This document shows, in pieces, positions 1-8,800 of a stretch of DNA of 24,142 bases. Within the stretch, counting starts at the first letter, position 1. Each line of letters opens with the position of its first letter. The translations under genes were made by a program, and so were the position numbers. This DNA comes from a virus. Lineage: Duplodnaviria; Caudoviricetes. The notes under the pieces were generated by a model, which saw only the letters and a program-made list of their open reading frames with translations, was not told the DNA's origin and did not search any database. The stretch covers positions 1 through 24,142 of IMG/VR virus record IMGVR_UViG_3300033562_000145, one strand, 5' to 3'.

Positions 1-1
1 G

Positions 2-3000
2 GGCGGGGCTTTTGTGGACAGCTCAGCCTCAGCAAGAACGATAACAAATAGCGGGAGCGTGACAATAGTATCCTCGGTTCCTTCTGTAGTTTCAGCAGTC
101 TACAACGTCCAAGTCCCAACAGTATCAAACACTACTGACACGGAAATCTATATGTGGTATGGCAACCCTAATGCCTACAACACCAGTATCGAAGCGTGGC
201 TAGACCAGACAGGAAAGGCACTGGCGTACGCTGGAGCAAAGATAGTACGAAATTCTCCTACAGACCACTACTTATTGCTAAATGGGGCGAGTTACTTGAC
301 CCTCAGCGACAACCCGTCTTTTGGGCTTGGAGCCAACAATTTCAGCATAAACTTTAAGTTTAAGCGTACTGGGGGTCTTGGGGTTGTCCAAGTACTATAT
401 AGTCGAGCTGGAAATCCTGGGGTTTCTAGTGCAATGGATTTCGAGATAGCTATTAATACAAATGGGGCACTACAGCTAAATTATTGGATAGGTGCAACCG
501 CTTACGCAGTAAACTCAACTGTCCTTATAACCGATACCACCACATATCATTACGTTGAATATAGCAGAACGGGAACATCTATACGATTATTTGTTGATGG
601 GGTTCTCGCTGGAACGGTAGCTATATCTGGTAGTATCAACGCTGGTTCAAACGCTCCTACGCTTGGGCGTTATGGTGTAAACGTAACTCCGTACTGGTTC
701 ACAGGGCAACTGGAGTTCTTCGAGATACTTGTGGGGGGAACCTATGGGCACACCACAGGATATACCGTTCCAACGACTGTGCCAGTAGTCGGGGCAGACA
801 CCAAACTCTTGCTCGTGTTTGATACCATCTATGATGCCAACTACGCAATGGTTCAGCATATGGGCGACAGCCTTGTAGATGCTACTGGTAATGGGAACAA
901 CGGTACTGCTACTGGCACTACTGTTGTGAATACGGATTACGGCAAGGCGAGGAGTTTTAATGGAACAAGTGACAAGATTAGTCTACCTTTGGCAATCGTA
1001 AACCAACCTACGACCACTGGTAGCTCACTCGTAATGTTTGACCAAACTTTTGTTAAAGCGACGAATTATCTATACACCCTAGACAGAAATGATGCCCCAG
1101 AATACAGAGTAAGACTAACCTCTACTAATGCTGTTGTTAACGGGTACTCTGGGGGAGCCTATCAATTCACTTTCGATACAGAAGTCCCCTACACATTGCT
1201 TAACACCCCTACAACTCTTGCAAACACTTACGCTCCTAATCTCTCCAAAATTATGCTCGATGGGGTAGTAAAAGCAACAGACACAACGACAGCCTTTACG
1301 ATGGGTAGTGGGGCAATGATTGAACACGTTATTGGGTATTATTCAGCAGTAGCCTCGTCATACTTTAGCGGAAAAATCAGTGCAGTAAGACTCTCCAACA
1401 TAGCCCGTTCCGATGCGTGGATTAAGGCAGAGTCGCTGGGCTTGAAGAACAGCCTGTTGACCATCACTGACGCCACATTCTATAGCTTCTACGGCTCTGG
1501 CACATTCGAGTCCGAAGTTCTGGACTTCACGGCTGTCGTGACGCCAGAGATAGGCACCGAGACGTTATTAAAGACTTTGACAATACCAAGTGGTACTACA
1601 GCGTCAATCGAGTACAAAACTTCGGCGGATAACTCTGCTTGGTCGGCTTATGCGACGCTCTCAACAGCGACGTTGCCTTATGCCAGGTATATGAAATTCA
1701 GAGTAAACTTCGCTTCGGACACAGCATTAAAGCTGACGCCAGAGTTTAAAGAGCTTACTCTAGCCTACAAAACAGGGTACTTCTCCGAGGGATACTGGAC
1801 CAGTGAAACACTCACGGTGGGAGCGTCTTCGGAGACTCTTGGTTACTTCGTCAACGAGACCCTGCCGACAGGCACGGGAGTGACGCTACAAACGAGATAC
1901 TCGGCGGACGGGGTTGTGTGGTCAGCTTGGGCGGACTCGGCATTTAACGCGTTGCCGTCAAGCGAGGCTTACGTGCAGTATCGGGCAAAGCTAATGGCCA
2001 ATACCAACCTGACGCTGACCCCGGTACATAAGAAGTCCTATGTTGGGTATTCACCACAGTTCAAGCCTTCAGGGTCTTGGACCAGCCCAGTCTATGACTT
2101 GACGGCCTACGAGCCTGAAAGCATCGAGCTTGAGTTCAAAAACGCCTTTGCGGACTTCATCGTGACAAGCCCAGTGACCACCATCACCTCGTGGCTAAAG
2201 ACGTCCTACAACAACACAGAGTGGACTGACTGGCAGAAATTTGACTTTACCAATGAGGAATGGAACTACACAGACTTGGCAATGAACCCTTATATTCAGC
2301 TCAAGGTAGAGTACGCCTCCACGGATTCGGCACAGACACCTGTAGTAGACGCTGTAACCTTCCGAGAAGCCAACGACCTGAAAACAGCTGTGTGGACTTC
2401 GGCACCGATTGATGTGTCAATGGCCAAGACACTGGACTCCGGAAAGATTGTTGCCCAGTACACCAACGGCGGCGGCACACTGACGCTGATGAGCAGAACG
2501 TCTCCTGATGGCCTAACAGGTTGGTCCGAGTGGGCTAACGTAGACGCCAGTTATATGATAACGAATCCGCCAAACAACTTCGTTCAGGTGAAGGCCCTGT
2601 TCTGTGGATACGAGTCGGCCCTCAACGAGCTGGTTCTCTCTATGGACGGTAACGCCAGCGTCAAGATGATAGGCTCAGGGCTGTCCCTCGGTACTGACTT
2701 CAGTTTCACCACCCTAAGAGATAAGCTGCTGATAGCCAACGGCAAGGACGCTCTAAAGAAATGGGATGGCACCACAGACACGATTGAGGACGTTCCGAAC
2801 TCGCCACCTACGCTAAAGTTTGTGGTATCTCATCACAACAGGGTATGGGGCGTTGATGCAGAGAACCAGTCCCGTATACGCTACAGCAACATCCTAGACC
2901 CGGAGAAGTGGGACGCCTTTGACTTCATCGACTTCAACCCGGAAGACGGGGACTACATCACCGGAGTGCTCAAGTACGGACAGAACGTGCTGGTGTCCAA

Positions 3001-3796
3001 GCAGAGGTCTATGGCACTGCTAACCGGTAACAAGTCCTCCAATTACTCGGTTTCGTGGCTCGAAGCAGAGCAAGGGTGCTCCTCAGCAAGAGGTCTGTGC
3101 CAAGCGGACAAGTATGTGGCCTACGTTGCACAGGACGGAATCCGGTTCACGGATTTGGCCAACAGCATCGTCGCCACAGAGCGTGTGCTGCCTAACTGGG
3201 CCAACGTTAACAAGCGTAGGCTATCGCAGGCTTGTGTGGTATACTGGCGTAATAAGCTGTTCGTGGCACTGCCTACGGAGGAAAGTCTTGTCAACAACGT
3301 CGTTTGGGTGTATGATTTCCTTAGAAACTCTTGGTCCATCCGAGAGGGGTGGTCCGTATCCAGCTGGCTGAAGTTCAACCAGTACGGTGAGGACGTGCTT
3401 CTTTCCGGGTCAAGCGAGACCGGTCAGGTCTACGAGGTTGACGTCACAGAGTATGATGACACCATCCCAGTAGAGTACACTTGGAAATCCAAGGACTTCC
3501 ACTTCAACGCTCCTGAGCGGTACAAACTCTTCAGAAACATCTTCGTGGACATCGAGGGAACCTCGGATACCACAACCCTGTACGTAGACCTGATTGTGGA
3601 TGGGGCCATCACTGGAACCTACACGACAGAGATACCGGGAGGAGACGGCCACAAGCACAGCCGCAGAATCCTTCCACCGTTGTACGGGGCAGTCTTGGGA
3701 AGCTCACTGACGCTACAGGTTAGAGGTCGGTGTGGCATTCAGGGAATAACCATCGAGTACGTGCTGAGAGGAGCTATTCCGGGAGGTAATATGTAA
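2..3796 (+). CDS. Giant tail protein (5'-truncated): DUF2341-like/LamG lectin modules + 4 tandem beta-sandwich repeats + C-terminal tail nozzle (tubular protein B / P22 gp10-like) beta-propeller
   Basis: The frame is open from nt 2 (GGAFVDSS...), so the GTG at 14 is probably not the start. Motifs: VQVPTVSNTTDTEIYMWYGNP (DUF2341-like); two LamG-like segments (IRLFVDG...FTGQLEFFEI; IMLDG...YFSGKISAVRLSNIARSDAWI); four WTS...W(S/T)xW repeats; C-terminal FTTLRDKLLIANGKDALKKWDG / HHNRVW / IRYSNILDPEKW / DGDYITG, typical of podovirus nozzle-type proteins. Confidence 0.75.
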   Translation, partial: GGAFVDSSASARTITNSGSVTIVSSVPSVVSAVYNVQVPTVSNTTDTEIYMWYGNPNAYNTSIEAWLDQTGKALAYAGAKIVRNSPTDHYLLLNGASYLTLSDNPSFGLGANNFSINFKFKRTGGLGVVQVLYSRAGNPGVSSAMDFEIAINTNGALQLNYWIGATAYAVNSTVLITDTTTYHYVEYSRTGTSIRLFVDGVLAGTVAISGSINAGSNAPTLGRYGVNVTPYWFTGQLEFFEILVGGTYGHTTGYTVPTTVPVVGADTKLLLVFDTIYDANYAMVQHMGDSLVDATGNGNNGTATGTTVVNTDYGKARSFNGTSDKISLPLAIVNQPTTTGSSLVMFDQTFVKATNYLYTLDRNDAPEYRVRLTSTNAVVNGYSGGAYQFTFDTEVPYTLLNTPTTLANTYAPNLSKIMLDGVVKATDTTTAFTMGSGAMIEHVIGYYSAVASSYFSGKISAVRLSNIARSDAWIKAESLGLKNSLLTITDATFYSFYGSGTFESEVLDFTAVVTPEIGTETLLKTLTIPSGTTASIEYKTSADNSAWSAYATLSTATLPYARYMKFRVNFASDTALKLTPEFKELTLAYKTGYFSEGYWTSETLTVGASSETLGYFVNETLPTGTGVTLQTRYSADGVVWSAWADSAFNALPSSEAYVQYRAKLMANTNLTLTPVHKKSYVGYSPQFKPSGSWTSPVYDLTAYEPESIELEFKNAFADFIVTSPVTTITSWLKTSYNNTEWTDWQKFDFTNEEWNYTDLAMNPYIQLKVEYASTDSAQTPVVDAVTFREANDLKTAVWTSAPIDVSMAKTLDSGKIVAQYTNGGGTLTLMSRTSPDGLTGWSEWANVDASYMITNPPNNFVQVKALFCGYESALNELVLSMDGNASVKMIGSGLSLGTDFSFTTLRDKLLIANGKDALKKWDGTTDTIEDVPNSPPTLKFVVSHHNRVWGVDAENQSRIRYSNILDPEKWDAFDFIDFNPEDGDYITGVLKYGQNVLVSKQRSMALLTGNKSSNYSVSWLEAEQGCSSARGLCQADKYVAYVAQDGIRFTDLANSIVATERVLPNWANVNKRRLSQACVVYWRNKLFVALPTEESLVNNVVWVYDFLRNSWSIREGWSVSSWLKFNQYGEDVLLSGSSETGQVYEVDVTEYDDTIPVEYTWKSKDFHFNAPERYKLFRNIFVDIEGTSDTTTLYVDLIVDGAITGTYTTEIPGGDGHKHSRRILPPLYGAVLGSSLTLQVRGRCGIQGITIEYVLRGAIPGGNM

Positions 3797-4335
3797 TGGG
3801 CTGGTTAAACTCTGAGAAATCTCCGGACAAGTGGAGTGCATCCTACTTTAAGCTCTTTGTGGAACGTCTGAGGCTGGCGGTGAACAACATCGACGACTCG
3901 AACTTCCCCGAAGGCTTGGATGGAAATATTATAAAATCACATACTGTGCAAACAGGGGCGTTAGCTAACTTCTCTTACGAGCAAGTGTTTTTCTCTCAAG
4001 CGACGCCGTACACCACCGTAAGTACCACCGCTGTTACAGTAGGTACGTTGGTGCAATGGAACCCTTCGGCTTGGGGCAGTGGGACTGTCAAGGTAATGCT
4101 GGAAGTAGTGGGTGGCGTAGCAAACGCCACCGCTACCGCCACTTTCGAGGTATGGGGCATAGCCGGGAAACTGGCTACTGTCACCACACAAGCCACAAGC
4201 CTTGGGCTCTCACGCTCGGTGTCTTTCTCCCCACCTACCGAGAGCCAAACCCTAATCGTAAAGGCGTATACAAGTAATGCGTCTTACTCAGCACAGGCCT
4301 TGTCAGCAAAGCTGATAATCGTGCCTAGTTACTAA
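3796..4335 (+). CDS. Putative minor tail/virion protein (179 aa)
   Basis: TAATG overlap with the upstream gene and GGAGGT RBS at about 3782. Short helical N-terminus followed by a T/S/V-rich beta-sandwich-like C-terminus. Lies between the nozzle and ejection genes. Confidence 0.6.
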   Translation: MGWLNSEKSPDKWSASYFKLFVERLRLAVNNIDDSNFPEGLDGNIIKSHTVQTGALANFSYEQVFFSQATPYTTVSTTAVTVGTLVQWNPSAWGSGTVKVMLEVVGGVANATATATFEVWGIAGKLATVTTQATSLGLSRSVSFSPPTESQTLIVKAYTSNASYSAQALSAKLIIVPSY

Positions 4336-4348
4336 TGGAGGTACACAA

Positions 4349-5836
4349 ATGGGATTAAATCCAACCCTAAAGGCTAAAACAGATAAACTCAATAAAGGGG
4401 CCACAACGGCTACTAACGGCGTCAAGAAGGTTACTACCCCGGCTAAAACTCCGGCTAAAACTATACAGAACAGTGCCGCCAACGCTCAGGGGGCCGCTCT
4501 TCTAAAGTCCATTGGAAAAGACACCAAAGGGCTGAACATCGGAACCGGGACTCAGACAGCCTACACGCCTGTAAGAAACGCAAGCAACACATCCGCGTCG
4601 TTACCTGTGGCACCGAAGTCCCCAACAGGGGGAAGTGCCGGAGCCACTACGCTGGCAGTCGGCGGAGCAAGAGCGTCAGAGTATACGCCTACTCCGGCTA
4701 AGACTACCTCCGGTGGAGGTACTCCTAGACCTACAAACATCAGTGGTAATGGTGGTACCCCCGCACCACAACCCGGTGCTCCTCAGCCCGGAGTAGTAGA
4801 ATCTACAGCACCTGAATGGCTGAACACCGGAGGACCTACAGCCGGAAACGGTGGCGGCGGTGGGGGTGCAGACTTCAACTCCGTCAGACAGGACTACGCT
4901 AATGCTTCCACAGAGGATAGGGCTACTATGGCGGCGATGATGGAGGGTATGCTTTCCTATATCGACCAAATGGGAGGCCAGCTGACATCTCAAATTAAGT
5001 CCCAAATGGGAATGGACGACCCTGAAACAGCCAACGCTATCGCAATGATTAGACGTGAAGCTGAAACTATGCACAAGGAGATGTTGGAAGACCTGAATGC
5101 CAAGGGGCTGGTACAGTCCGGTATCTACGCTGAAGCCAAATCAAGACTGGCCGAGTCTCAAGGGATGAACGTCAGCAACTTTGTGGCACAGCGTTTCGGG
5201 GACCTACAGAGCCAGCTTAACTCCGCAATGATGAACATTGGACAGATGAGAACTCAGGCAATGTCTAGCGGTATGGGTATGGTCAATCAGAACCTGATGG
5301 CTGATAGAACTCAACAGGCGTCAATGGGTATGCAGAACCTATCCAACCAGCTGACTCAGCGAGGTCAGGACCTTCAGAACAACCAGTGGGGCCAGAGCTT
5401 TGACTGGCAGAAGCAGACCGACCAACGTAACTTCGGATACACCCAGCAGCGTGACGCCGTTAGCGACCAGCAGTTTGGGCAGAGCCTATCAGCGTCTCAG
5501 GCAAGCTCCGGAGCAGGAAACAGCCTAGGCTGGGCCAACTTCAACGCTGAACAGCAGGCAAGCCAGCAGTACAACCAGCAGACGGCCTATGACAACGCCA
5601 ACAACTTCTTGGCCACCAATAGCAACCCAGCTACTCCTGAGGAGTACCAGCGTGCTATTCAGGCTGTGAACGCCAACCCAATGTTCCAAGACCCTAACAC
5701 CAAGAACTACATCCTGAGCCAAATCGTTAAGCCGCAGCAGACCCAACAGGGCGGTAGCTTCGGGGATTTCTTCAGAAACATAGGCAACGGTTCCTACACA
5801 CCTCAGTCTAACAATATGCCTAGGGGTAGGTTCTAA
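4349..5836 (+). CDS. Putative internal virion/DNA ejection protein (495 aa, low complexity)
   Basis: GGAGGT RBS. K/T/P/G-rich disordered N-terminus, M/Q-rich helical middle, Q/N-rich C-terminus. Position upstream of a very large ejection-type gene is typical of podoviruses. Confidence 0.6.
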   Translation: MGLNPTLKAKTDKLNKGATTATNGVKKVTTPAKTPAKTIQNSAANAQGAALLKSIGKDTKGLNIGTGTQTAYTPVRNASNTSASLPVAPKSPTGGSAGATTLAVGGARASEYTPTPAKTTSGGGTPRPTNISGNGGTPAPQPGAPQPGVVESTAPEWLNTGGPTAGNGGGGGGADFNSVRQDYANASTEDRATMAAMMEGMLSYIDQMGGQLTSQIKSQMGMDDPETANAIAMIRREAETMHKEMLEDLNAKGLVQSGIYAEAKSRLAESQGMNVSNFVAQRFGDLQSQLNSAMMNIGQMRTQAMSSGMGMVNQNLMADRTQQASMGMQNLSNQLTQRGQDLQNNQWGQSFDWQKQTDQRNFGYTQQRDAVSDQQFGQSLSASQASSGAGNSLGWANFNAEQQASQQYNQQTAYDNANNFLATNSNPATPEEYQRAIQAVNANPMFQDPNTKNYILSQIVKPQQTQQGGSFGDFFRNIGNGSYTPQSNNMPRGRF

Positions 5837-5853
5837 AAATAAGGAGGTGCTAG

Positions 5854-8800
5854 ATGGCACAGTTTGATTACACCAAGTACATAGGGTACACTCCGACAGC
5901 CCAAACGACGGTCAAGGCTCCTAAGTTTAGCTTGGCCGCTCAGGGATATAAGACGCCGGCCTACGTAAACCCTAGGATACCTGAAAACAATCCATACAAG
6001 TCCATCAGCAACTATCAGACACGCTTATCCGGGGTGGGGGTTCCTGCCCCTGAGCGTGACGCTGATGGGGACGGTGGGCTTCTTAATGGCGTCCTGAGAG
6101 TTCTACAGACCACAGGGAGTGCTTCCACCAACGTTCTTCACGACATCGTGAAGGGCGTACAAACTCCGGGCAGGCAGAATACTGTGGGAAGCCTAGCTAA
6201 GTCCTATGGCAAGAGCTGGACGGGAGAGCGTCAGGATACGATGACCGACGTGTTTGACACGATGGGCTGGAAGGCTGACAAGAACCCGGACGGCAGATGG
6301 TACAACCCAGCGAGTTGGGATATGAGCAACACTGCCCGTAATCTCCTCACCTTTGCTGGTGACGTTGCTATAGACCCGCTGACCTACGTGTCCTTCGGGA
6401 CTGTGGGACTGGCAAAGAACGCCACCAAGGGACTCACAAAAGAAGCCCTAGGAACCCTTGTTACCAAGCAGACAAGCCACATTACCGACATCACCCAAGA
6501 CCTCGCAAAGGAATTGGGAGAAGACCCGATGGCGATTGCCAAGAGGGCAATGGCGGCCTCCAAGGGAGACGCCAAGAGTGCTGACCTTGCAATGCGTACA
6601 GCATATGCACTGGCAAGCGGAGGCACTGCTTCTGTGGATAAGAGGACAATGGCTTACCTAGTAGACAAGGGCCTCAACGGCGTTAACTCTGACATTATAG
6701 ATGCGTTTGCACAAAAATCCCTGAAAGCACAGGAAGGCATCACGAAGTCGGCTGATGGGATGAGCCCTATGACCAAGGCCGTCAAGAGCCGTTCCGGTAC
6801 ACTGTCCAGCTTTTTTGGGAAGTCCCTATCGGGAGACGGAGGTGGTCTGAATATCTACGACGCTCTGAAGACTGCCAAATCCGTCGATGAGTTCGACGCA
6901 ATGGTAGGTGGACTGACTGGCGTTATGAAGAGCTTTACCCTTACAAACATACTGGCCCAACCAACGTTAAGACCCGGAAGAATGGCCGCTTACACCGCTG
7001 AAGAAAAGGCCGTGAAAGAGATTGCTGCAAAGCGGGTCTACAAGAACTTGGACGACGCCACGCTGGCCACTAAGATGGACGCCATGGATATGACAGAGCT
7101 CGATGTCTTAGGTGCTCTATATGACGGATTCAAGGGGGCAGACATCTCTGAGCTAGAGGTTATGACCCACGAAATCAGGAAGTCCCTTATGAAGAGGAAG
7201 ACGCTGATAAAAGAGACAGACATCTCCAAGGTGATGGACAAGTTCGAGGCAGAGCGAGGGCTACGTAGTCAGGTTAAAGAGTTGGCCGATGGCGTAGAAT
7301 TTGCCAATGGCCTACAGCGTGCCTATGACCAAGCAGGAAAACGCTTCTACTTCCGGTACCACAACCCGGTAACGAATCAGGTCAAGCCCCTTGTGGAACT
7401 GACCGGACTCGTGCAGAACCCGGCGATGAAGAGAGCCGGAGAGGTTGCCTTGGGACTTCCTGTGATAAAGCAGTCAAGAGACATTCTAGGCTATATATTC
7501 CAACCGGAATATATGGGCAAGCAAGCTCGCCAGATAGCTCTAAGAGACGCTGACCTAAAGAAGCTCAAGGATGCCTACAAGACAGGTAATATAACCAAAC
7601 AGGACTACGACCACGCTGTAGCCAAGGCTAACGAACGCTACGACAACGTCATCGAATCCCGTAATGACTTTGCAAAGAAAATCTCCAAATACCTCAGAAT
7701 AGAAACCTCAATACCGTACAAGTCTGTAGAGTCCGCTGTTAATCTGTTCTATGACGAGGCTCACGTGCTAGACAAGGCATTTTTAAAGAGTGACAAACTT
7801 CGTAAGGCTGTCACCTACTATCGGCAGAAGGGAAACTCCGACGTCGCAAAAGTAGGCTGGGAGCTTATGACAGGCAAGTCCCTCGATGACATCTTGGACG
7901 AGATGGGCAGAGTCACCGACGACGCCTTTGAAGAGATGGATGACGAATTGCTGGAAGGGATGGATACCACCATAGAAGAGCTTCGCAAGATATTTGGGGA
8001 CCCGAAGATGCAGAAGTTTATCAAGGACCACCAAGTGAGTGCAGAGGATATGGCTATACTAGAGCGTGCCTCAGGAAAAGTGACAGCCTACTTTGGAGCC
8101 CTGAAAGATTTTGACGAAAGCCGGGGAACCATCTTCTCCAACGTCGAACAAAGCAACCACGAGGCTGGTGTTCACGGCTTCGGTCAGGACACCCCACAGA
8201 CTGTGGGAAATGTGGTCACTCCGGAGAACTACGTGCACGCTGTATACAAAAACAATAGGGACGCCGACAGCTTTGTGGTCAGCAGTATGGACAAGAGTGA
8301 CGTCGAGAACATCAAAACCAACAGTTCCGGCACAGCCAAGTCGGCAGACGAGAAGAGATTCCCGTCAATGTTCGACGCAATGTCAGCCGGTAAAGAGCCT
8401 ATAGACGACATCGTTATGTCAATGTCGCTACGTCACGTAGAGAGTTTAAGGGTAGACCTGAATAGACGTCTTGTAACTGACCTTGAGGGTGCCATACTGA
8501 CAGAGCCCGGCTTTGCTCAACTCATCAGCAAGAACCCGATGGCCGGAGCAACGCCACTGAAGATAGGGCGTACAGAGTTCTACGCAATGCCTGAGGTGGT
8601 TAACCAGTTGAACCGAATCGTTGATACCTTCTCCACGAATCTTGGTGTGGCACAGTTGACCAGCTATATGGACAACGTGACCAACTGGATGAAGAAATTT
8701 CAGACGTCCTTCAATCCAGCGTTCATAATGCGTAATGCTATAGGCGAGCCAGCAATGAACTTCTTCGATGGGGTTAAGCCCGAGTCTTGGGAGAAAGCAG

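Noticed and set aside
2-1460. Lectin domains as a diversity-generating retroelement target
   Set aside because: No reverse transcriptase and no template/variable repeat pair visible. The domains are LamG-like and internal, not a C-terminal CLec variable region.
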